From an uncultured Planctomycetales bacterium (lineage in GTDB: Bacteria; Omnitrophota; Gorgyraeia; Gygaellales; Profunditerraquicolaceae): a stretch of 64,000 nt of DNA. Shown here one piece after another: positions 17,927 through 25,937 of this stretch; position 1 is the first letter of the stretch; each line of letters starts with the position of its first letter. The DNA lies in NCBI GenBank assembly GCA_964354795.1, contig CAYHBB010000016.1, positions 4,084-68,083 on the forward strand. The letters run 5' to 3'. The notes below the pieces were generated by a model, which worked only from the letters and a program-made list of their open reading frames with translations, ran no database searches and was not told where the DNA came from. Made by a program: the position numbers and the translations under genes.

Positions 17927-19126
17927 TTACTTCGCTGGATTACTAACTCTACCCACAAATAAAATATTTCCTGTTTTATTATCGTGGATTAAGAATATAA
18001 ACGGATGATCTGCTTTAAATACTTTTCTTATTTTTCGCTCTACCATACTTGTGATGCCCATCCTAACAGCGGTTGCGGCAGCAGCTTCGGTACCCTCTTC
18101 ATTTACATCCACAAAAGCTTTGTGGATCACTTGGCTTATATACAAATCCTTTTGTCCCGTCATCCCGGAGAAATCTGCATTTTCACCAAAGGCAGTTGGC
18201 ATCCCCATCGCAGCCAAGTCTACGGACATAGAATACTCAGTTTCAAACTTGAACTTAGGCAGATAAACATCCACTTCCTCCCGGCTAAGCATCCCCTCCA
18301 AATCAGACAGTCCTTTTGAACTCAAAGATTCTTCCATAGCCCCTAAGTCATTATCTTTTGGCAGGATGATAAACATGGATAATTCCTTGCCTTCATAGGG
18401 CAATTCCAGAACCTGAAGCTTGTCTGTCTCCGCGTAATATAATTCTTTAGCAAACAACTGCATCGTTTTTACCTTAATTGTATTCACCGGGCTTGTCCTG
18501 AAATCCTGGTCTTTGGTATTACTCTTTTCAAACTGTTCTACCCATTTTCCTTTGAAGTAAACCGCATTGGTGATAACTAAGCGTGTGTTACCATCAAGGG
18601 AAGAGATCAGATTTCTTATCTTATAATTTGTCTGCTCCTCAATCCAGCTGTTTATTATCCTGCACGATTCGCTATTTTCGTTTTTAAAATCGAGGTTTCT
18701 TGCTTCCCCGCCGTAATAATCTTTTATTACCTTAAGGTATTCTTCCGGGAAGGGATATTTTTTCTGTGCCCATAAGGCATTTGCCGTATAGAGTTGGTAT
18801 TGTTCGTGCCCCTTGTTGATCTGATTATATATTTCTAGAAAAGAATTCCTGCGCACAGAATCATCTTTAGGAAAATGAAAAACTGACTGAATTTCATCTG
18901 CTGTTAGTCCTCTAGCTCCTTCATATGTCATGGCTAGTGCCGAAGAGATGCTAAACGGAGAAAAGAAAATATTGCCTTGTTTTGATTTATATTTGGAATA
19001 AAGCTCAAAGGTGAATTGATTATTGGCATTGACAACGCTACTTACGTCTTGGGCAAACGCCATATGAGATATAAATAATACCCCTATTAAGACAAACATC
19101 ATTACTTTGGAATTCTGAAGTTTCAT
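17927..19126 (-). CDS. serpin (serine protease inhibitor), secreted
   Basis: Start at MKLQNSKVMMFVLIGVLFISHMAFA (AAAGGAGGAT SD). The track's MIEYIAAGF N-terminus is encoded by the promoter repeat. Hinge/RCL EEGTEAAAATAV and C-terminal FKADHPFIFLIHD...ILFVGRVSNP are serpin signatures. Confidence 0.8.
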   Translation of the reverse strand: MKLQNSKVMMFVLIGVLFISHMAFAQDVSSVVNANNQFTFELYSKYKSKQGNIFFSPFSISSALAMTYEGARGLTADEIQSVFHFPKDDSVRRNSFLEIYNQINKGHEQYQLYTANALWAQKKYPFPEEYLKVIKDYYGGEARNLDFKNENSESCRIINSWIEEQTNYKIRNLISSLDGNTRLVITNAVYFKGKWVEQFEKSNTKDQDFRTSPVNTIKVKTMQLFAKELYYAETDKLQVLELPYEGKELSMFIILPKDNDLGAMEESLSSKGLSDLEGMLSREEVDVYLPKFKFETEYSMSVDLAAMGMPTAFGENADFSGMTGQKDLYISQVIHKAFVDVNEEGTEAAAATAVRMGITSMVERKIRKVFKADHPFIFLIHDNKTGNILFVGRVSNPAK

Positions 19127-19145
19127 TTTCATCCTCCTTTTCAAA

Positions 19146-19250
19146 GCAAAGCCCGCTGCAATATATTCTATCACAGCGAGTTAAGAAGTCAAACTCTCCC
19201 TAGCTTCGCTTTTTACCCAATTCTCACTTTCGCTTTTTACTCGATTTTGG
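19146..19250 (-). promoter_or_regulatory. repeated promoter cassette, copy C
   Basis: -35 rc of AGTCAA 19187..19192, -10 rc of ATTCTA 19165..19170. Stem CCCGCTG/CAGCGAG. Confidence 0.55.
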
Positions 19251-19363
19251 CGGGTTTTCCGTGCTTGGATGGGTTTCCGAGCTTCGCATCCTGCTTCCGA
19301 AGGCGAAGCATTCTTTGACCTACTTATAAATTACTCTCTTAAGTTTAACTCTTTGTTTCATAG

Positions 19364-20005
19364 CTAATATTGATTATAATTAAAGCCTCGCCCTTCTTCC
19401 AAGCATACAGGGATACCCAACTTTTCTATCGCTTGAACAATCTTTTCGTCTTTTGGCTTATATATTTCTTCCATTCCTTCTTTCATCCAGGAATGAAATT
19501 CGACATATAACTTATCAATATATTTAATGCTCCCGTCTTTCAACATTTGATCAAGTATCGGATATTCAGCCGCTTCTATGTCCATTTTTACATAAATAAT
19601 ATCTTCCTTCTTAAAGTCTCTCTCCAACCATTTGCCAAAATCAATAGATTCAACATGTACTGGCACCTTCTTCTTATCTGAACCTAGGGCGTTCACGACA
19701 TTCCCACCTAAATCATTAATTCCAAAGTAAAAATTTACTCCTTTATCATCAATCCACATTGCCTTATTAATCACTGTCACATTTGGCTTCTTCGGTATAA
19801 AACGAATCAACTCAGGATTAGCTTCAAAAGCAAATATCTCCCATTGATATTTTGAATACAAATTACTTTTTTCGAATGCTTCAATACTATCTCCCTTATA
19901 AGCTCCCCCATCTATAAATATATGCCTCCTGCCGGGCACGCAGCCATAAATTATTATTGTTAATAGAAATATTATAAATATTTTCACGAATATTCGATTT
20001 CTCAT
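19364..20005 (-). CDS. FkbM-family methyltransferase-like protein with N-terminal TM/signal
   Basis: Start at MRNRIFVKIFIIFLL... (the track's MIEYITEGF comes from the promoter repeat). DGGAYKGDSIEAF...FAFEANP resembles the FkbM methyltransferase motif. Confidence 0.4.
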   Translation of the reverse strand: MRNRIFVKIFIIFLLTIIIYGCVPGRRHIFIDGGAYKGDSIEAFEKSNLYSKYQWEIFAFEANPELIRFIPKKPNVTVINKAMWIDDKGVNFYFGINDLGGNVVNALGSDKKKVPVHVESIDFGKWLERDFKKEDIIYVKMDIEAAEYPILDQMLKDGSIKYIDKLYVEFHSWMKEGMEEIYKPKDEKIVQAIEKLGIPVCLEEGRGFNYNQY

Positions 20006-20040
20006 TCTATCGCCTCCTTCGTTACTCTCTTGCCGTAAAT

Positions 20041-20125
20041 AAAAACCCTCTGTAATATATTCTATCACAGAGGGTTAGAAAATCAAACTACTCTAACTTC
20101 GCATCCTGCTTCCAATCACGAATAT
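20041..20125 (-). promoter_or_regulatory. repeated promoter cassette, copy D (compensated stem)
   Basis: Stem CCCTCTG/CAGAGGG around the same loop AATATATTCTATCA. -35 rc of AATCAA (TTGATT), -10 TAGAAT (rc of 20058..20063). Confidence 0.5.
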
Positions 20126-20184
20126 AATCGAGCAAACAAAAGTTCTATTTAAGCGGATTGCCGAACTGGTAAAAACCTAAGATA

Positions 20185-22026
20185 TTAGTGACCGGTGCTA
20201 CGGGTTGGCCTAGTCGCGTCGCGCAAGACAATGGGGCTTGCGCCAAAATTATAGGTAAGGCTTAAATAACCCCCTCTTTTTTGATACGAGCGCTGTCCGT
20301 GATCCGGCCAGGTGGTAAAATTATCTCCCGAAGCGGAGAGCAGCCAATTTTCAGTCAGTCTGTAATTTAAGCTGGCTGCCGCATAACAAGTGGGATGATT
20401 TGACTTTTTGTGGTTGACATCGGGCTTATTTTGAAATTCATATCCTCCGGATACTTTACCTTCCACAAAAAACTTCTTGCTCAAATCAACTCCGGAGTAG
20501 ACGCCTAATGCGTGTGAAAGAAGCGAACGGGGATTAAAATAGCCGTGATTCAGCTGAGGTTCTGCCCAGCTTGAATAATAATAATTATAATAAAGTTTAA
20601 CGTAAGGCTTTTGTTTAATGCGGTACTCGGCTGTGCCAAAGATCTGGTTCTGCCGGTTGTCATCAGTAAAATAACTCCGCTTATATTTTACATTAAAGAA
20701 CCAGAAACGATTCGGCCTGAAATCTGTGGAAAATGTCGAACTATTGGTGATAACTTTATAAGCCAGTGCGTCATTATCCTCGAACGTCTCGCGGTCATAA
20801 GCAAGGTCAAATCTCCAGAGATCATCCGGCTTGTAAGTAAACCAGGTATTGGTGGTAAAAGGAGTAAAATCGACTTTTCTAAAGTGCGTCTCATATACAA
20901 AGGTGTTGAATTCAAAGGCGTCTCCTAAAACCTTGCTCAGACCCAGGCCCCAGCGGTTCGCCGCTATGGTCGGGTCAAGGCCGTTTAGCGGGAAAGCAGG
21001 ATCCGCGGAAACCGCCCCCTTCTTGCGCAACACCTGACGCTCGTATATGGCGTCAACCGTCGTCGAGTAATTCAAGTGCATGCCTGAGCGCAGGCCTTGT
21101 GTAGACACTGTCTGCGGAGTGCTGTCCCTTGAGAAACGGCCATACGACCTGGCAAAGGGAAGCTGAGAATTCTTTATTTGATAATAAAGATCTTCTGCCT
21201 CTTTACGGTTAGGTTCGAATTCCAACAATTCTTTTACTTTTTCAACCGCCCGCACGTCATCTCCAAGCCAATGCAGGGCAAAAGCCATCCCTTCGATAGC
21301 GTCGAGATTTTTGGGATAACGCCTCAGTATCTCCTCGTACCGGTTGACACCCTTACGATGATAACCCTGCCACACTAAAACTCTGGCCTGATTATTAAGC
21401 GCGTTAAGGTTCCCGGGATCTTTATCAAGGACCTTTTGATATAGGGCGTACGACTCCTCAAGCTTATCCTGAAAGCTCAAGACATTAGCCTTGCCAAGGA
21501 GAGCATCCAAGTTATCCGGCCAACGATTAAGAGCAACGTCATAAATTTCTATAGCTTCGCTTTTTTTATCATTCCAAACAAGTGCTTCGGCCAATCCCAG
21601 AAATATCCGCTGGTCTTCGACTTTTAACGCAAGGCCTTCCTTATATACCTCTATTGCCTTAGGTATTTGACCGCTCCACTTATACTGCTCAGCCAGCTCC
21701 CGGATTATCTCATTGGTGCGCTCCGGATGCGTCGAACGCACCTCTTCGAAAAGCTCAATTGCCTCCTCATGCTTATCTGCATACGAATAAACACGTGCCC
21801 ACTCTATGACTAAGCCCGGATCCTTACGCAGGCCTTCGCTGATACCAGGATAAACCTCAAGAGCTTCGCTATATGCCTTTTTCTCTACCAGGCTCCGTGC
21901 TTTACTTAATTCGTTATTAAAATTATCGTCGGCAAAAGCGCTGCCTACCAAACATGCGCCGATAAAAAATGCCAAAATTAATTTGATATTCCGGTTTTTC
22001 ATTTTTACCTCTTCGAAACTACCCAC
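20185..22026 (-). CDS. TPR-repeat outer-membrane beta-barrel protein (PgaA/BcsC-like exopolysaccharide exporter)
   Basis: Signal peptide; multiple TPR-like repeats in N-terminal half. C-terminal half Tyr/Asn/Gly-rich amphipathic strands ending ...LSLTYNF. 22-nt overlap with the upstream GT2 gene. Confidence 0.55.
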   Translation of the reverse strand: MGSFEEVKMKNRNIKLILAFFIGACLVGSAFADDNFNNELSKARSLVEKKAYSEALEVYPGISEGLRKDPGLVIEWARVYSYADKHEEAIELFEEVRSTHPERTNEIIRELAEQYKWSGQIPKAIEVYKEGLALKVEDQRIFLGLAEALVWNDKKSEAIEIYDVALNRWPDNLDALLGKANVLSFQDKLEESYALYQKVLDKDPGNLNALNNQARVLVWQGYHRKGVNRYEEILRRYPKNLDAIEGMAFALHWLGDDVRAVEKVKELLEFEPNRKEAEDLYYQIKNSQLPFARSYGRFSRDSTPQTVSTQGLRSGMHLNYSTTVDAIYERQVLRKKGAVSADPAFPLNGLDPTIAANRWGLGLSKVLGDAFEFNTFVYETHFRKVDFTPFTTNTWFTYKPDDLWRFDLAYDRETFEDNDALAYKVITNSSTFSTDFRPNRFWFFNVKYKRSYFTDDNRQNQIFGTAEYRIKQKPYVKLYYNYYYSSWAEPQLNHGYFNPRSLLSHALGVYSGVDLSKKFFVEGKVSGGYEFQNKPDVNHKKSNHPTCYAAASLNYRLTENWLLSASGDNFTTWPDHGQRSYQKRGGYLSLTYNFGASPIVLRDATRPTRSTGH

Positions 22027-23339
22027 TCACGCTTACCCAAAAGCTCATCCTTGATAGCAACTACCTGTATTGTGTTCTTGAATAATGTATACCAGAAAGC
22101 GCAAAATGCATAGTAAAAGTACTGCCAGACTGGGGCTCTCGGCAGCGATGCGTTTTTATAAGCGACCAGGGCTTCAAATGGCCCACTAAGCATCACAAAG
22201 AATAAAGCAAACCAGATAAAGCTGTTCATGGGAAAATCTATCTTGCCTCTTGTCAACCAGAACGCGAACACTACTGGAAAAAGTAAATGGCTTAAGATAT
22301 CGTAAACAACGCGCCACATCAACAATGTAGTCCACATAAACTTCTGTAAAATATTAAGGAATTTGCTCTTTAAGATAGCTATCTGGTATTTCACTGATAC
22401 CTGGAACCACCCCTGGGCCCAGCGCTTCCTCTGGAACCAAAGCCCTGCCAGCGTCTCAGGGGCCAGCTCAGTCGAGATTATGTTACGGTCATGGACAATA
22501 TGGTTTCCTTGCAGTATGGCGCGCAGGGTGGCGTCAATATCTTCAGTCAGCCTATCCGGAGAAAACTTTATTTCCTTGATAACCGAGCTGCGCCAGTAGC
22601 CGTTTGTGCCGCCGAAAAGCGTAGAATCAAAAAGCCTAGACTTAGCGTAATGACTAATGCCATAAATAGCCTCAAACTCCACCTCAACCAATGAGCATAC
22701 TGGGCTACTTTTTCCGTTTCGGATCTTGCACCTGCCCTGGACTACATTATAACCTTCGTCCAGCCAACGCCAGGCAAGCTTCAAGCAATCCGGAGCCACC
22801 AGGTGATCGGCATCCAACAATACGATCATCTCCCCGGATGCAATCTCAAGGGCATAGTTTAGATTTTCACTCTTGCTCTTGGAGCCGTAAGCGTTTGCCA
22901 ATATGAGTTCAGGCCACTTATAAGCAAGCTCCCTTAAACGCGGCTCTATCTCCTCCATATGCGGAGTGTTGTAGGCCAGGATCAGCTCAATCCCGGCCTC
23001 CGGACGCTGGATACGCTCTAGAATATTTAAAAGCGTATCTTCAATAACCTCAAGCTCATTAGGAAGATAAGCACTGACGATAAATGTGGTTTTGGGCAGG
23101 ACAATATGCTTTGCGGTAGGCAACTCTTTGAATGCTCCCCGCCTGAAAGCGCTAAGGGAATACATATACGACAACCCAGCCTGGAATATAAATAGAGAGA
23201 CAAGAAAATAATAAGAGTAATTCAGGAAAGCCGGCTTGCGTAATCCAATGAGGTAGAAAATAAGGGTGGGAATTACCAGAAGAATAAGTAAAATCTCAAA
23301 GATTTTGCTCCATTCTACCGCACGCTTCTTCTCGCCCAA
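22005..23339 (-). CDS. processive family-2 glycosyltransferase (PgaC / cellulose-synthase-like polysaccharide synthase)
   Basis: TM helices at both ends, DADHL (DxD), QRKRW (Q-x-x-R-W processive GT2 motif). Confidence 0.7.
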   Translation of the reverse strand: MGEKKRAVEWSKIFEILLILLVIPTLIFYLIGLRKPAFLNYSYYFLVSLFIFQAGLSYMYSLSAFRRGAFKELPTAKHIVLPKTTFIVSAYLPNELEVIEDTLLNILERIQRPEAGIELILAYNTPHMEEIEPRLRELAYKWPELILANAYGSKSKSENLNYALEIASGEMIVLLDADHLVAPDCLKLAWRWLDEGYNVVQGRCKIRNGKSSPVCSLVEVEFEAIYGISHYAKSRLFDSTLFGGTNGYWRSSVIKEIKFSPDRLTEDIDATLRAILQGNHIVHDRNIISTELAPETLAGLWFQRKRWAQGWFQVSVKYQIAILKSKFLNILQKFMWTTLLMWRVVYDILSHLLFPVVFAFWLTRGKIDFPMNSFIWFALFFVMLSGPFEALVAYKNASLPRAPVWQYFYYAFCAFWYTLFKNTIQVVAIKDELLGKREWVVSKR

Positions 23340-23342
23340 CTT

Positions 23343-23534
23343 TTATCTCTCCAGTAGCGATAGCATCTCTTCACCTAAAGCGATATGGCGTTTTTCATCT
23401 TCAGCTATGCCGGAAAATAATTTGCGCTTAGCCTCATCTTTTGTTAATTCCGATAATTCCGTATATATGGCAAGAGCATTTTTATCGGCTGCCGTAATCT
23501 GGCGCAATCTTGCTATCAATGTATTTCGGTCCAT
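23343..23534 (-). CDS. small hypothetical protein (possible C-terminal half of a split ferritin-like protein)
   Basis: 63 aa with EDEKRHIALGEEM (E-x-x-H-like). Starts 2 nt after the stop of the preceding small ORF in a different frame. Confidence 0.25.
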   Translation of the reverse strand: MDRNTLIARLRQITAADKNALAIYTELSELTKDEAKRKLFSGIAEDEKRHIALGEEMLSLLER

Positions 23535-23536
23535 AG

Positions 23537-23752
23537 TTATGCCAAGCTTTCTCTTGTTTCTGACACTATTTTCTTATGGCGTAATGTATCTGCCTTGATA
23601 CCGAGAAGTATATCTTCTATGCGCTTACGCGCCCCTTCGGACAGATCATCAGGCAAAGACTTAGGATGACAAAGGTCAATGAGCGTACTCGCCATTTCTT
23701 CTTCCATTATATAAGCCCGTTTAAGCTTGTCTAAAAGTTCTTCTTTATTCAT
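23537..23752 (-). CDS. small hypothetical protein (possible N-terminal half of split gene)
   Basis: 71 aa, helical, Glu-rich (YIMEEEMASTLIDLCH). Confidence 0.25.
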   Translation of the reverse strand: MNKEELLDKLKRAYIMEEEMASTLIDLCHPKSLPDDLSEGARKRIEDILLGIKADTLRHKKIVSETRESLA

Positions 23753-23796
23753 AAATACTCTTCTTTGCCCATATACAGGTAACGATTATAGGAAAA

Positions 23797-23982
23797 TTAT
23801 AACCTTTTTTTCATTTGCCCTTTTACGATCTTTTCAGCCTGCAACCAATAATCAAAATCACGGCCACTCTTGCATCCATCCTTTTCCCACAGCTCCTTCG
23901 CCTTCTCTTTAATACAACTCAATAATTCTTCCTTTTCAAATCTCTTTTCCATGACTTCCTCCTTTTTAATGTCACTCTGCAA
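23797..23982 (-). CDS. small DUF2934-like protein
   Basis: KELWEKDGCKSGRDFDYWLQAEK resembles the DUF2934 consensus (memory-based). True start may be the internal MEKRFEK. Confidence 0.35.
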   Translation of the reverse strand: MQSDIKKEEVMEKRFEKEELLSCIKEKAKELWEKDGCKSGRDFDYWLQAEKIVKGQMKKRL

Positions 23983-23989
23983 TTTTAAT

Positions 23990-24140
23990 TCTACTCCAAA
24001 TATAAACCCTCTGCAAGTGTTTTACTTACAGAGGGTTGAAGTATTTTCTCATCACAGTGGACGAAATTAGAAACTATTTGATAGCGGCTATTATGTCAAA
24101 TACTCTTTCCCCTAACTTCGTATCCTGCTCAGAATGTGAA
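23990..24140 (-). promoter_or_regulatory. divergent copy E of the repeated cassette
   Basis: Hairpin CCCTCTG...CAGAGGG (23998..24026) with a different loop. GTCAAATACTC (rc TTGACA) and terminal hairpin CTAACTTC...GAAGTTAG. Longer spacing than copies A-D. Confidence 0.35.
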
Positions 24141-24185
24141 GTTAGTTTCTTTAGTCAGGCGGAGAATTTCAAGGCAATAAAGGAG

Positions 24186-24455
24186 CTAGACTCTGTAGCG
24201 CTTGTAGAGCTCGACCCGGACCGGGCATTTGCAGATACCGGCGATACCGTAGGAGAGGAATTTCTCGCACTTGCGGCCTTCTCTTTCCTTCACAAAGAGA
24301 TTCTGATCAGCCAAGAGGTATTCGGCTTTGCATACTGTGCCATCGGGATCAGATAAGCATCTATGGGAATGCAGACATTCTCCGGATTTGGTCAGGATCT
24401 CCGGGCTCACGTCATATTTTTTTGTTTCCATAATAACCTCATACAGGCTACACAA
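24186..24455 (-). CDS. Cys-rich hypothetical protein
   Basis: 89 aa with 8 Cys (CLHSHRC, CKAEY, CEKF, CKCP). Confidence 0.3.
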   Translation of the reverse strand: MCSLYEVIMETKKYDVSPEILTKSGECLHSHRCLSDPDGTVCKAEYLLADQNLFVKEREGRKCEKFLSYGIAGICKCPVRVELYKRYRV

Positions 24456-24596
24456 TTTAATTACATATTATACGTGTTACACATTATATGTACCAGTTGA
24501 GGCCTGTCAAGGGAATATTTAAGAATTACCTTGCCAAAAATGTAAGTTTGTATAGAATAAGGGGGCTTAAAACCTAATAAACCCGAGGAGGAAAAT

Positions 24597-24926
24597 ATGC
24601 TTAAAAGATATCAGGTATTATTGACCGACTGGCAGGAAGAATACGTGAAGTTTCTGGTAGAAAAATACGACCTAAGCTTTTCTGAGGTCATCAGGATACT
24701 GATCGTGCTGGAGGCGATCATGATCACCGGCCACCTTCACCCCGAATATAAAACCGGTATATCTATGAAAAAACTGGCGGTAGAGCTTAAGAAAATGGCT
24801 AATCCTAACCGCAACGAAGCTGAGATGTATAAGCTGATCTCAGCCGGATATTTCGAGGCGCGTAAAGCCATTGAATACCGGATGAGCAAAGAAAAACAGA
24901 AAGCAAAGAAAACAAAGAAAGCTTAA
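24597..24926 (+). CDS. ribbon-helix-helix-like small DNA-binding protein (hypothetical)
   Basis: N-terminal RYQVLLTDWQEEYVKFL...SFSEVIR fits a beta-strand then helix RHH pattern. GGAGG SD upstream. Confidence 0.4.
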   Translation: MLKRYQVLLTDWQEEYVKFLVEKYDLSFSEVIRILIVLEAIMITGHLHPEYKTGISMKKLAVELKKMANPNRNEAEMYKLISAGYFEARKAIEYRMSKEKQKAKKTKKA

Positions 24927-24940
24927 GCACCCCTTACGCG

Positions 24941-25465
24941 TTAACTCTTTTTTAGCTGTAAAGCTATAAATCCGGCTACACCCGCAAGACCCATCCCCAG
25001 ATACCCGTAGAGCGTAAGCCAGAGACCCACCCCGATCTTCACATTCAAGACCAGTTTATTCATATCGGTGGAAGCTATCTTATATACCCCGAGGACAAAT
25101 ACCAACGCGCATACCGCTCCAATCACCAGGCTCACCCATTTATTATTTCCAAAAGCTGCGAGCGCAAAGGCTACGGCAATAGCAAAAATGGGCGTAAACC
25201 AGACCAGATAGCTTTTCTTGTGGGCGTCTTTTACGTCTGGATTGAATATCTTGATCACGCTGATGGCCAGGCGCGAGTCGTCGCTATTTGCCATACGCGG
25301 GATACCGAATCCGCTGACGCTAGCGATATTGGCCTGAGCTTTACCGGTAAGGATTTTTGAGATCATTCCCACTTCCTGAGACTCAACATTCGCCCAAGGG
25401 AGAAAAAACGAGATGACGATCACCGCAGCCAGTGCTATGACGATAACGTTAGGCAACTTAGGCAT
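24941..25465 (-). CDS. integral membrane protein (4-5 TM), hypothetical
   Basis: Hydrophobic segments throughout. Confidence 0.45.
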   Translation of the reverse strand: MPKLPNVIVIALAAVIVISFFLPWANVESQEVGMISKILTGKAQANIASVSGFGIPRMANSDDSRLAISVIKIFNPDVKDAHKKSYLVWFTPIFAIAVAFALAAFGNNKWVSLVIGAVCALVFVLGVYKIASTDMNKLVLNVKIGVGLWLTLYGYLGMGLAGVAGFIALQLKKS

Positions 25466-25479
25466 CTCAACCCTCCTTT

Positions 25480-25866
25480 TTATTTAATGTTGACAACAAA
25501 TTCTTCAATTTTTACCGGCGCTACACCCTTTTCCCAGGAACGTAAATATTGAAAGGATATATTTGTGCTACCGGGTTTAAGCGCTTTAAAGGTCCACTGC
25601 TGCTCGCATCCTGCTCCGATAAGAGTCGTATCTTCGGTCAGATATTCAGTGCCTAATAGCTGCAGGAATTGCGGATCAAGCGGCTTTGCCAGCTGCCACT
25701 CATAGCCGGTAGAAGGATTGGCGTAAACAGAGATGGCAAACTCCTCCCCTGCTTTAACTTCCATCAACTTCTTACCGTCAACAACCTTGACCACTGAGCT
25801 GTCTTTGCAGGCAAATAAACTCAAACAGCATAACAAAAAACCAAGCGCGAATATCCTGCTTTTCAC
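25480..25866 (-). CDS. chagasin-like (I42) peptidase-inhibitor lipoprotein
   Basis: Lipobox MKSRIFALGFLLCCLSLFAC. Motif NPSTGYEW matches the chagasin NPTTGY(S/E)W signature; about 110-aa mature size. Confidence 0.5.
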   Translation of the reverse strand: MKSRIFALGFLLCCLSLFACKDSSVVKVVDGKKLMEVKAGEEFAISVYANPSTGYEWQLAKPLDPQFLQLLGTEYLTEDTTLIGAGCEQQWTFKALKPGSTNISFQYLRSWEKGVAPVKIEEFVVNIK

Positions 25867-25937
25867 TTGCTACCTCCTTAATCCAGGGACGGTTCTCATT
25901 GAGAACCGTCCCTGCTTGTATTAAGAACCGTCCCTGG

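Noticed and set aside
17927-20068. Track ORFs beginning MIEYIAAGF / MIEYITEGF
   Set aside because: The shared MIEYI... N-termini are encoded by the repeated promoter/hairpin cassette. Real starts are the downstream Met with SD and signal peptide (19126 and 20005).
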